Assembly: GCF_018350175.1 (NCBI RefSeq)
Contig: NC_058368.1
Span: forward strand, 172,114,001 to 172,178,000
DNA: 64,000 nt
Source of the DNA: Felis catus
Taxonomy: Eukaryota
Reading direction: 5' to 3'
Shown piece after piece: positions 51,101-60,710 of this stretch (position 1 is its first letter; the number at the start of each line of letters is the position of its first letter). The notes beneath the pieces are model-generated. The model searched no databases. It was not told the DNA's origin and worked only from the letters and a program-made list of their open reading frames with translations. A program made the translations under genes and the position numbers.

Positions 51101-52220
51101 AAGAAGGTATACTCTCTTTTAAAAGAAGGTATACTTTTCATTTCATATACCCAGCTTAATTGGGTATGGTATTGATATATAAAATTTGAGTTGTTTTGAA
51201 AATGAAGTATAAATGGATTTTTGTCTTGGGAAACCTCATTTGAGATTTTCTTAATCTTTCATGGTCAAGTCTCTATTCTACCTTAAAAAAACAAAAAGTG
51301 AAACCCTGATAAGTTGGGAGTTTTCTTGTACCATGATTTTGAAAATTTGGATTTTTCTTTAGGTTAATGTGTTCCCTAAAGATTTGGTAAGCTCTGCTCT
51401 GCCTTTAGTTTTCTTGAATTGGCCTCTATAAATCTTATATTAACATTTGTAATCTTTACGGTGCTTACATTTTGATCTATGTCAACAGGTTCCTTTTATG
51501 TTGGCACAAAAAACAAATATGGGAGGTAGATAAAAGTATGCCCATTATTGAAAGCATGTGAACATTAAGGGTCTTAAAAGCTGAGGGGCGCCTGCATGGC
51601 TCAGTCAGTTAAGTGTCTGACTTTGGCTCAGGTCGTGATCCTTGTGGTTTGTAGGTGTGAGACCCGAGTCAGGCTCTGTGCTGACAGCTCAGAGCCTGGA
51701 GCCTGCTTGGGATTCTGTGTCTCCCTATCTGCTCCTTCTCTGCTCATGCTGTCTCTCTTTTTCTCAAATATAAACAATAACAATAACAACAACAACAAAA
51801 AATGAATGCTTTAAAAATAAATAAAAGCTGAGATTCAGATTTTGAATGAATGTGTGAAAATAAACAATAATAGATTAGAAAATCAGCTGAGCCCCAGTTC
51901 AGGGAAAGGAAAGTATTTTGATGGTTCCGCTTATGTTAGATTTTGAGTGTGGGGACAAAAATATATACTGTATATGAATTCCTTTATAACAAAAGAAGGG
52001 AAGGACAATATTTGAGTTCTTACTAAGTTACCGAGTGTATTTATTTTTTTAAACAGATGCTGTATGTGACTTGCCTTGCTCCGGTGAAGACCAGTTGCTA
52101 GAACATGCTGAGGGACAGTCTGTGGCATGTAATGGTCATTGCAAGTTCCCCTTTTCATCCAGAGCCTTTTTGAGTTTTAAATTTGACCATAATGCTATAA
52201 TGAAAATCTTGGACCTTTGA
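8861..52220 (+). CDS. DCP2: DCP2, m7GpppN-mRNA hydrolase (decapping enzyme 2); 11 coding exons, 1269 nt, 422 aa
   Basis: Exons of 53+152+128+99+153+113+108+136+111+52+164 nt join in one open frame from [25 protein letters not shown] to AIMKILDL*. It contains the Dcp2 Box A region and the Nudix box [23 protein letters not shown]. Recognised from the vertebrate DCP2 protein. Confidence 0.98.
10359..10536 (+). mobile_element. SINEC (internally deleted)
   Basis: ggggcgcctgggtggctcag head and A tail. Confidence 0.9.
11768..11810. repeat. (TG)n-CGC-(AC)n self-complementary microsatellite
   Basis: Read directly. Confidence 0.95.
12443..14330 (-). mobile_element. Four antisense SINECs (12443-12565, 12671-12867, 13506-13636, 14192-14330)
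   Basis: T-rich tails and ctgagcc...caggtgccc ends; TSD aaagtttctt around the second. Confidence 0.88.
14698..20430 (-). mobile_element. Decayed ~5.7-kb carnivore L1 (ORF2 plus part of ORF1), antisense in intron 1, with nested SINECs at 16210-16337, 17142-17376 and 18039-18272
   Basis: Minus-strand ORF fragments match L1 ORF2: endonuclease ([11 protein letters not shown]...YTFFSS), RT (QQYIKRISH...FIPGM) and post-RT ([17 protein letters not shown]). Many stops and frameshifts. Confidence 0.95.
20432..20795 (-). mobile_element. Two antisense SINECs (20432-20645, 20679-20795) with a (GA)n tract
   Basis: SINE motifs; TSD cttctaat around the first. Confidence 0.88.
21500..22230 (+). mobile_element. 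Ancient L1/HAL1 ORF1-like remnant
   Basis: A-rich, with motifs such as ttccagcctagaattctttatccagcc typical of old L1 ORF1 3' regions. Confidence 0.5.
22615..22812 (+). mobile_element. MER20 (hAT-Charlie)
   Basis: ggggacatttg...ctggaga...gtagaggctagggatg...aaaatgtcagtagtgctga pattern. Confidence 0.8.
24583..25730 (+). mobile_element. Three sense SINECs (tandem 24583-24786 and 24788-25020; 25505-25730)
   Basis: SINE heads, CT tracts and A tails; the second sits in the tail of the first. Confidence 0.92.
26091..26242 (+). CDS. DCP2: DCP2 exon 2 (Box A region: RFILHIP...RDFAKA)
   Basis: Acceptor tttttgacag|; ends at the U12 donor G|ATATCCTT; 152 nt. Confidence 0.96.
28406..28483. repeat. 35-bp perfect direct repeat, 43-bp period
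   Basis: taattagaagaatgctgtagaaagttatggtcatg at 28406 and 28449. Confidence 0.95.
28877..29095 (+). mobile_element. Tigger2-like (TcMar) fragment
   Basis: ttgactccccaaaa..aactgctaatagcctactgttgacc.gaagccttacc motif. Confidence 0.75.
29515..30313 (-). mobile_element. Two antisense SINECs in the U12 intron (29515-29716, 30052-30313)
   Basis: TSD aaacctgtgatgacttt around the first and aaaacagatt around the second. Confidence 0.92.
31565..31692 (+). CDS. DCP2: DCP2 exon 3 ([10 protein letters not shown]...DETLEN)
   Basis: Follows the AC acceptor; donor AAT|gtgagt; 128 nt. Confidence 0.95.
32092..32190 (+). CDS. DCP2: DCP2 exon 4 ([19 protein letters not shown]...AARE; first half of Nudix box)
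   Basis: tttatag| acceptor, GAG|gtgagt donor; 99 nt. Confidence 0.97.
32878..34455 (-). mobile_element. Antisense L1 3' end (~33110-34245) with nested SINEC (33459-33671) and flanking SINECs (32878-33096, 34275-34455)
   Basis: Peptide [29 protein letters not shown] on the minus strand; SINE motifs. Confidence 0.9.
36176..36403 (-). mobile_element. Young felid SINE (SINEC_Fc-type)
   Basis: CpGs intact; nearly identical to 18039-18272. Confidence 0.93.
36759..37147 (-). mobile_element. MLT1-type MaLR solo LTR
   Basis: tattagtc...ggctgccataacaaaataccacag...ggccaagatcaagg...ttcagtgcaaagca. Confidence 0.82.
37683..40024 (-). mobile_element. Five antisense SINECs (37683-37806, 37884-38097, 38680-38845, 39585-39791, 39794-40024)
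   Basis: SINE motifs read directly. Confidence 0.9.
40973..41826 (-). mobile_element. MER21-like solo LTR
   Basis: Minus strand starts tgtgatactgcggtttacaataagaaa, like the MER21 start as I recall it; TG...CA ends. Confidence 0.7.
42065..42217 (+). CDS. DCP2: DCP2 exon 5 (VFEETGF...RREIR)
   Basis: ttccag| acceptor, CGG|gtatgt donor; 153 nt. Confidence 0.97.
42340..42452 (+). CDS. DCP2: DCP2 exon 6 ([11 protein letters not shown]...AIPFI)
   Basis: ctgtctcag| acceptor, AG|gtatgt donor; 113 nt. Confidence 0.97.
42552..42659 (+). CDS. DCP2: DCP2 exon 7 ([17 protein letters not shown]...EKL)
   Basis: tttccatag| acceptor, AG|gtaaag donor; 108 nt. Confidence 0.96.
42701..44324 (-). mobile_element. 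Two antisense SINECs in intron 7 (42701-42928, 44113-44324)
   Basis: SINE motifs; ctgatagt and tataatt duplications. Confidence 0.92.
44987..45122 (+). CDS. DCP2: DCP2 exon 8 ([11 protein letters not shown]...DLLKAK)
   Basis: gtatag| acceptor, AAG|gtgagt donor; 136 nt. Confidence 0.95.
45905..46230 (-). mobile_element. Short carnivore L1 3' end
   Basis: Poly-T tail, then sequence homologous to the L1 3' ends at 14698 and 33120. Confidence 0.85.
46429..47793. mobile_element. SINECs in intron 8: sense 46429-46620 and 46766-47041; antisense 47298-47402 and 47612-47793
   Basis: SINE motifs read directly. Confidence 0.88.
47044..48073. repeat. ~230-bp direct duplication (47044-47275 and 47844-48073)
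   Basis: Hand alignment: about 11 substitutions plus a 2-nt T-run difference. Confidence 0.95.
48182..48292 (+). CDS. DCP2: DCP2 exon 9 ([10 protein letters not shown]...NPLM), symmetric phase-0 exon
   Basis: aaaacag| acceptor, ATG|gtaaga donor; 111 nt. Confidence 0.93.
49684..49735 (+). CDS. DCP2: DCP2 exon 10 ([17 protein letters not shown])
   Basis: ttaatag| acceptor; GC donor CAG|gcaagt; 52 nt. Confidence 0.94.
49736..52056 (+). other. DCP2: GC-AG intron 10
   Basis: CAG|GCAAGT donor and tttttttaaacag acceptor join to give T-D-A-V in frame. Confidence 0.92.
50297..51825. mobile_element. SINECs in intron 10: antisense 50297-50495 and 50563-50765; sense 51585-51825
   Basis: SINE motifs; TSD taaaagctga around the last. 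Confidence 0.9.
52057..52220 (+). CDS. DCP2: DCP2 exon 11, coding part (DAVCDLP...[22 protein letters not shown])
   Basis: 164 nt ending in TGA (52218-52220), followed at once by a second stop TAG. The Phe-rich C-terminus is typical of metazoan DCP2. Confidence 0.96.
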
Positions 52221-55200
52221 TAGCAGCAGATGTGTTGTGGAAGTCCCAAGATCAGAGACCTGTTGCATTTGAGTGGGTGTCTCTTTGAGCCTTACCTTTC
52301 TCAGGTGTTTTAAAGAAATGCAGGGAGGCAATGATGTTTCTGAAGATATTGTTCTCTGTGCAGAAGAGAGAGTAGAAAGAAACATGAGTTTGCACTGTAA
52401 ATGCAGTTAAAACCTTTTATACAGATGTACCTTTTCAGTGTTTGGCCAACGAATTTAAGTTGCTTTTTATGAGAGCATTTTTTCTGTGTGATTGTGGTTT
52501 TTATTTCATGTTCTGGTCAAGAAAATAGTATTTGAATCATCATCATCAGGTAGCCAATATAATGGGAATGCTCCATCTATCCATGACAGTGATTGCAATA
52601 AGAGTTTCCTTATATTGACATTTTTAAAAGAAACTTAAAATTCACAAATACTAAATGAATGCAAGAACTGAAAATGTCACTGAAGTCAAGATTGCAGGTC
52701 ATCTGCTTTGGTGGCATTTTGCGCATTTCTCTGCTTCTAACCACTTAGGTTCTCTAATCCTCCTCTGCTTGGAGATTTGTTGAAAGGTTATTTTTAGAGC
52801 CAGCATCTACTATGTAATGTTCATGTTAAAAACGAACTCTTAGCACTTCATTAAGGGACAAAGTCCTCAGCCTGGAGAGGGACTGAGTTGGTTGGGTGGG
52901 GAGTGGACACTCTGACTTGGCATTGAGAGCCTTGTGCAGTCAGTGATCAGTGAACCTGCTGGGGAGCAGGGAACCCAGGGCCTGGCAACTGCTTTGGTCT
53001 TGTCTTCACTGTCCTGCCATCATTCCTTTAGTATTGTACAATGGTTTTGTTCCTGTGAAAATTTATTTTCTGTTGTAGCTGTGTAAATATGAATGGAATA
53101 CTGACATTATTAAGTTTTACATTGCATCTCGGTATTGATCTCTGGAAACTGATGTATTAGGTTCCAATTTTCAGTAGTAGCAGAAACTGACATGCTTTTA
53201 TGGGCATGCTGAAGCCTCTGGATGAAGGAGCACGAAGGGAAGGGGCATTTGGTTCAGGCAAGTACAAGTAAAGCATTTCAATAGGGGAGGATCAGAACGT
53301 GAAGGTAGCATATACAGAACTCATTCCTGGCACTAGATTTTGCTCCTTCAGGATTCTTAAATCTAAATAAGGGTGGCAGTGCCCATTTTAAGAAGGATTT
53401 CAGCTCTAATTGAGGACAATCACCAGGGCTTTAAAGGGGTTTAGTGTTTGGGCTGCCTCTGACCTCACTGAAGGTATTTCTTTTGAGGGGTGGTGTGTGA
53501 GCATATGTGTGCGTGTGCATCTGTCATGTGGGTTTTAAAAATCTTTTTTTACATGTGGTATCCACAAAATATATCTCTGCTTGTAAATTTTATTATAGAA
53601 ATCTTTATTCTGTATAGATAGCCTATTTAATAGGGATTCTATATAACCCAGTGGGACTTTCAGAAGAAGTACTGTTGTAAGGAATTCACTTGGTATTTCT
53701 TTGCTTTAGCTTTTAAATGGCTTGATTTTAAAGGAGAAATTCTATTTATTAATAAAAGTGTCACCCTCTTGGTGCTAAGCAGGAGAATTCACAATTACAG
53801 CAGTGTGTTTAAAATTAGGTTTTTCATAATCCTGCATCTTTTAATGTGATAAACTTGTGAATCCTTCTGTGACCTTTTTTAAAATGCATTATAAGACTGC
53901 TTTTGGAAGCTCTTACTGTTCTTTCCAGAAATACAGCTGCTTTGCTTGGGTCTCCTTGAGCCATATTTATAGTTGGTCCCAGCATTCCAGATTTCTGTTA
54001 AATTGTTAGGCGAGTAAAAACTTAGTTTGCCTCGCAGGTAAATCATTTTCACTCACTTACTGTCATCTGGAAACCATACAATTTCAGTGATTGTGTGTGT
54101 GTGTGTGTGTGTGTTGTTGTTGTTTATTTTTTTTCTATTTTAGTCAGTTTTTCTGGTGCCTAGAGTTGGGTTTTTCAGCTCTAAATATGAAAGCAAAAGA
54201 GATTAGAGTTAGTTACCAGAAGTATGTCCTCTAAAGGTGTGGTGAGCCTTTTTAAGAACCAACAGATTCTCTCTTGTCAATTACAGCAGTTTAACAATAG
54301 TTAAATGTTATTGCTGTTGTGCTGCTTCATTTAATGCACTGTGGAACAGAATAAGGGTATTGTTGGGATGGGATTTTGGTAACTTGAGGCTTTTAGCTGT
54401 GTTGACAGTTTGAGATAAAAAGATGTGAGTTAAAGTTTATGTGTGTGATATGACTTAACTATGCAGAAAATATATAAGTTGGGTGTACCTGTTTTATGTA
54501 CATCTGCTATACTTACTCCCTTGAACCTGTGTATTTCTCAGTGTTCAGGTTACCTTGAGAAAGGCCATGCTTAGCACAGAACTGGATTTCTCCTCTGAGA
54601 AATTATAGCATGGTTTGAAGGAATCAAGTGATAAAGCAGTGTGCTGAATATGCAATAATTTACTTCTGTGTGCTGCATTTTAAGAAGCTAGATGAGAAGA
54701 GTAGCTGTGTTGGCTTCATTATGTTTTATGTCTTTGAGAGAAAAATAGGTCTTTGAGTCCACTTTTTAAATGTTCTTATGTTCCAACCTTACATGTTCCA
54801 AGGTTCAGTGCACTGTGAATCTTTTTTTTTAATTTTGTAGGTGCTTTTATGTATAACTGTAATGATTTGTAGGATGTTAAGTGAAGTTTTTTGTACTTAA
54901 CCATTGTTATCCAAAAGATAGGGGTATAATTTACATGCTTTCACAAGCTTTTTGTTAAGAAAGAGCAAATGAATGGTTTTAGGATTTCAACCAGTGACAC
55001 TCTCCTGAGACAGAAATTGAATGAAACCCTTAGCAGGGGTAAAATTTGAAGAGGTTTGAAACTTAAGTTCGATTTTCATGTTAATATATAAAAACAAGTC
55101 TCCTGTGCTGTCAAAGGATTTGTGGTCACTGCTTGCTGCTTTGAGCTTTGGATATCCTTATTTTTCTATTAAATATCAATTAGTAAGTGCAGATAATGAA

Positions 55201-58200
55201 GATGTATAGCAAAATACAGCGAAAGTAATTATATGCTGTAAGATTGGGTATTTTGTCTTTTAAGGCTTTAGTAGTTTTGTGTAATGTCAAATAAAAAAAA
55301 TCAAATCTAAGTGAATGGCATCCTTCCATAGGAATTAAATTTAAATTTTATTATAAAACTCAACATATTATGGTGGTCATTAGAAAAATTCAGGTCTAAG
55401 TGCATGTATGCATTAAAAACATTTCGTTACCTAATTCCCTTCCCCCTTCCTTTGGTTTCCAACAGGAGTTAACTTGAACAGTAAGGAGCAAAGTCGATAT
55501 AAAAATTAGACTGCCAAATTACTTTTCTTACTATGATAATATATTGTGGCTTTTTATCTTTATTTTTGTACCAGTACTTTTCTCTGCCTGTTCAGAGATT
55601 GTGTTTTGATTGACATCTATTGTGTCTCTGTATTCTCTGAGGCAGTGTTTTCTTTGCATATTAATCATAGTTACAAGGTCAAATTCATTAACATGTTTCT
55701 GATTGAAGAAAGGTGTTACTTAATGATTTTGACTCGGATTATATTCTGGCCTGGGGAAGGGGCTCATATGTATTGTTTTAACTTCAGATTAATGATAAGC
55801 AAGACTTATTTTGTCTGAAGGTGTCAATATCCTTTTCCTTTAAGTACCTATCTCTGGGTAAACAAGTGTTAGTAAAAGTACAGTTTTGTTAAACCTTGTT
55901 TTTGATAGTTGGATAAAGCCTGGCTAGTTCCTCATTTTATGTTCTGTCCTAAGCCTTTAAAGTGCATTTGTATAGTTGCCGAAAACTCTAAAAATGAGAT
56001 TATGATGGGCTTTTTCAGCAGCTTTTTCTACCTAGAATTGAGTTGCTCTTGAAGTTTATACTCCTGTGTCATAAAGATGGCAGATTGCAAATAGGCAGTA
56101 AAGGCTCTTTCCTGTGCTTGCAAAATAGAGTTCTGGATTGCAGTTTCAAGATCCAGTATAGAGAATTATTACAGAACAAAAGTGCTCTGAGGGGAAGATA
56201 GCTGTAGTTGTTGGGCAAAGAGTGGAGGGAAGAAATTTTAGAAGATAAATCAGTTCTTGAGTGCTGTCTGTTGTATTAGGCTAGAAACATGATCATTGCC
56301 TAGGCCAAGCAGTGTCTAATATATATGGCCATTACCAGGTGTTTCCTAGCTCTGGGTAAAGTTATTTTTTTACCGCTGCCAAGCAATCCAGTAAATCTTA
56401 AGTAATTTTTCTCACTTCAGAGACCAGTATTTGAGAGTGCAGTCCTTCCTGTGCTGATAATTTACAACTCCAGCTGCACTGAAGTGCTCTACTTTCTTAC
56501 AGGAATGTGACTCAGAGCACCGACAGCCACAGTCAGGCATGTGTCATAGTCACTTCATATGGTAGCTATACATTTGTCCTGAATGGTGATCCATTCCTTT
56601 CCATCTAGTTTTCTTGTGACAAACCACATTACTATTGAAACAGTAGTCTAAAGCTAAGGAAAAGAATGAAGCTACCTCTCATACATGGGAGTGGACTTGG
56701 AAGGCTGGCTGCCACCAGCTTAGTTGCTCAGACTTTAAAGTACAAAGAAATGTAAATAAAAAGCTATGGTAAAATATGGAAGTTTTATTTTGAGAGATGT
56801 TTATAATTGAATCTTTACTCTGGGTCTCCAGATTAATGAAATCACAAGTAATGAGATTCCATTTGTCTTGTGTCTTCTGTGGTTAGCAGAGGGGATGGTC
56901 TAGCTCTAGTAGCAGCTTGAAAGCACAATCTGAAAATAACCGTGACAAGAGTGCTTGCATTAGCTGTGTCATATTGGCCAAGGGTGCTTGGGAGAAAGGG
57001 ATTGGATGCAGAAATCAGTTGAAGTCAGTTGCCTTGGTTTGTGACTTCGTCCCATATCAGCCTTCCTCTTAGTAGACTTCTTTTATCCAATGGAAGAATA
57101 AGGCCCTGAACATATATATGTGCTGCTTTTTTTTGGTGGGAGGGCTCTTGCAGGGGTTTGGGTATTGTTTTGGTTCTTGGCTTCTATCTGTTGAATGCCA
57201 TTTGAAGACTGGTTGTTTCTTAATTCTGTTTCTTGGTGTGACTGGCCGGGAAGAGGCCATAAGAGTCTCCACCCCACCCCACCTCTCCTTTTTTATCTCA
57301 TCCCTTCTATAGAAAAATAGTTTGTGCTACATCCATATGGTGGTAAATCTGCCACAGTGGGAATTTACATGCAGTGATCATAATCTTGCTTGCCTTTTAC
57401 AGATCTCACTTGACCCTTGGGCTGTAAGCAGACAGGCAGGCTATGGACACCTGTGCTGTTTTGGGTCTCTCAATGCATTTAGCTTGTCTATTGGATTTGG
57501 GAACAAAGAAAACTTCTGTGTGGTTCTAGGGTAAAATGCGCAGTGTTCTGCTAGTCTTTAGTCCTTGAGTGGACTTTAGTTAACAGGTTGTGGACTTGCG
57601 GAGGTAGAATGTAATATTTTAATTTAAGCTGCTTTTAATTCGTTGACTGAGGTTCTAAAACAGTCTATAGCTACTACAGTTGAAACATTTTGGGGACAAA
57701 TCTACCATTGTTAGTCATTTCTAAAGCTTTAAGAAGTTAGTTCTTTGTAAAATACCTTGGCTGAATATTCTTTTGTGATATTTTAAGATCAACTATGGAT
57801 GACAACAAATGAAAGCAAAGGTTTTCAACAGGATGCAGTTTAGCAAGGTAGTAACTATTCCTCAGTCGTTCGGTTAGGTGTTAATACTTTTTGCAGTGAA
57901 TGAGTAGCAGTGGACTTAACACTCTTCATGTCCTGTATATATCATGTGCACTGATAGAGAAGCACAAAAGGTGTATCTACGAGAGTTTCTCTGTGCGTTT
58001 CACTACTGTCCTAGGGCACTGCTGTCTCTGTTCAATTTAGGTTTGTGTTTGGATGTTGTACGAGTACCGTTTAATTTCAAATATAAGTGTCCAAAGAATG
58101 GAGTCTTTAATTTTGCTTATTTGCTCATATCTCACTTCAAAGTTAGGACAGGAGACAACTGATTTTCCATTTTCTTACAAACTTTTTTTCAGTAACAGGG

Positions 58201-59489
58201 AAGGAAAATAAAACCCTGAACTATATTGTATATATATATTTGTGTATATTAATACACACATAGTATATATATATATACACACATATTTTCTTATGATTGT
58301 GTTTGAAATGCATTAGCTTAATACCTTATAAAAAATCGTCTTTGGTAAGTATTGACACAATTCAGATTATAAGTTTTACCTGTTGGCTTTAATGAAAACT
58401 TAAAACAATCTTATTTCAGAATAAAATAATCAAATGGAATTGTAGTTCATGGATTAACTAAGGTGAGATATTCTTATATATGAGATTGTCTTTCATCTAA
58501 TCAAAATAAGGATATGCAGTTTAGTTTGGATGGGAAAGGGGATAAGAAATTTTTTTTTTTTTTTAACCCTGCTATTTCCAAAACAAGGGTTTGAAGTGTC
58601 TTTTATGCTGTGGAGACTAGGTAATGTTCATGGAAGATGTGTAGTCTTAAAACCGTTTTCTTGGAAGTAGGTTTTAGTGTACAAGGTGAAGCTATTTATG
58701 CTGAGTCATGTTAAATTTTATGTGGGACCTAAAAAGCTGGCAGAAAACAATTGAAGTGGTCTCACTAAATAGGATATTAAGAGAACTGGACTTTAGAATA
58801 AATGTGATAACTAGGTTTGTAAACTATTCAGTAATCATTTGTCTTATGTGGAATGATTTAATTTTTGCCTTAATTATCACAGCATTCTATTACTTTACCT
58901 TCTAGGGCATTTTAATGTTTGGAAAAAGACTCTCAGTAAACCATTGGAGTAATTCTATTTATGGTAGTAATGAAGTTCCTGGTGCTTGATTTGGTTGTCA
59001 AACAATTAGAGCAGAAAAGGTACCCTCTGAAACACCTGTGGGGTTTACCTCGTTCTACAAATTGAGACCTTTAGAGTGGATTTGTGTTTCTGGATTTATT
59101 ATATTCTGGCTGAACAGTAGCTTGGTCTCTTTCCCCTCTGTGTTAATGGAAGGATGAGGACTGATTTTCACTTAATTTGGGTGTGGCTATTATAAATTAA
59201 GAATTTCCAATGAGTTTAAATGTTTGCCGGATAAAGTCTACTAGAAATGCCAGCTGCACTCTCCACTGAGAAAATGAACAAAGACCTGTCTTAACAGTTA
59301 TTCTTTTTTGAAAGCTTTTTGATGTAAATAACATCAGTTTAGAAATTAAAAACCTTTTATCATACAGAATACAATTTGGATGAAGGGAAGTTTCCTTTGT
59401 ATTTTAAAACATTTTTATGGTTGATTCAAATATTGGCTTTCTGTAAAAATATTATCGTGTTACATTTAGACTGTTTGTAGTGCAATATC

Positions 59490-59495
59490 AATAAA
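59490..59495 (+). terminator. Candidate DCP2 poly(A) signal
   Basis: AATAAA with upstream TGTA and downstream T/GT-rich sequence; lies near the end of the SINE-free stretch. Confidence 0.55.
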
Positions 59496-59990
59496 TTTTG
59501 CTGCTCCAGCAGTTTTAATTACTACCTTAACCTGGTTTCTGCTACTGTTACTTGTTATTATATTTTGGTTGTGTCTCTTTGGACCGATAAAAAATGACAA
59601 GTATGAGATAAAGACCTGCTTACATGATGAGAAGAAATCTTAAAAGGTAGAATGTGTCTGCAAAAGTGAAAATAAAGAACTGGTATGTATTCTCCATCTC
59701 AACAGTTTGGTTATTGCTTTAAAGCAGAATTACAGTTACATACATACAATCCCTTATATTTCTTCTAGAACCAGGCTTTCCAGATAGAATGCTTGACAAT
59801 CCTTGGATCTTCAGAAAAATCTATTCTTCTTCACTAGAGACCTCAGCTGTATGATAATTTTTATTTAAAATTTTAAGAGGCGGCCCAAGCTTTCATAGAG
59901 CTGACCACACACTTCCAGGAAGAGTGTTTCTCTAACAGACGTGTTGCCATCCTTTCTTGTATTTGTGTGTGACTTCCTTGCTCTTCCAGT

Positions 59991-60194
59991 TCTTTTTATT
60001 TTTTTAATGTTTTATTTATTCTTGAGAGAGAGAGAGAGCATGAGCAAGGGAGGGGCAGAGAGAGAGGGACACATAATCTGAAGCAGATTCCAGGCTCTGA
60101 GCTGTCAACACAGAGCCCGACGTGGGGCTTGAACCCACAAGCCATGAGATCATGACCTGAGCCGAAGTTGGTCGCTCAACCGACTGGCGTCCCC
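59991..60194 (-). mobile_element. SINEC
   Basis: SINE motifs; TSD tccagttctt. Confidence 0.92.
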
Positions 60195-60412
60195 TCCAGT
60201 TCTTAATTATATTCCATTTCCCTGATTTTTCGTTAACTTCCCATTCATTCCAAGTTTTAAAAGGCAGCTAAATAGAAATTGGCGATAAATGAGGTTTCTT
60301 TGGCTGTTTTGACCTAATATACTATTTTCTAGTCCCCAGCTCTGACCCGGGCTTTCGATTTAATGTGAAGCATCACAGGTTTGATATTTACATGTTAAAC
60401 AGTATTGCAGGA

Positions 60413-60580
60413 GGGGCACTTGGGTGGCTCAGTCGGTTAAGTGTCCGACTCTTGGTTTCAGCTCAGATCATGATCTCGGGGTTGCTAGTTAGTTTGAGCC
60501 CCATGTGGGGCTCTGCACTGACGGTGCTGCAAAGCCTGTTTGGAATTCTCTCCCTCTTGCAAAATAAACTTAAAAAAAAA
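60413..60580 (+). mobile_element. SINEC
   Basis: SINE head and tail; TSD ttaaacagtattgcag. Confidence 0.92.
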
Positions 60581-60653
60581 TTAAACAGTATTGCAGAAGG
60601 ACAGCCTTACCCTTTAATGAACACAGTTAAAGTACATCATGGAATTAGAAATA

Positions 60654-60659
60654 TTTATT
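60654..60659 (-). terminator. Candidate poly(A) signal of the convergent gene (MCC)
   Basis: TTTATT on + (AATAAA on -), with several upstream minus-strand TGTA motifs and a downstream minus-strand CTGTGTT. Confidence 0.55.
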
Positions 60660-60704
60660 CAGAATATAAGAATGTTTGTAAAATATTATAAATGTCTCTG
60701 TATA

Positions 60705-60710
60705 AATAAA
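60705..60710 (+). terminator. Candidate distal DCP2 poly(A) signal
   Basis: AATAAA preceded by TGTA at 60677 and 60699 and followed by a T-run. Confidence 0.5.

Noticed and set aside
52875..52985. G-rich patch in the 3' UTR as an RNA G-quadruplex
   Set aside because: The G-runs are too few and too widely spaced for a canonical motif.
1951..60580. tRNA-like A/B boxes and recurrent 'MAQLVK...AQVMISWF' peptides
   Set aside because: All come from tRNA-derived carnivore SINEs; they are not tRNA genes or a protein family.
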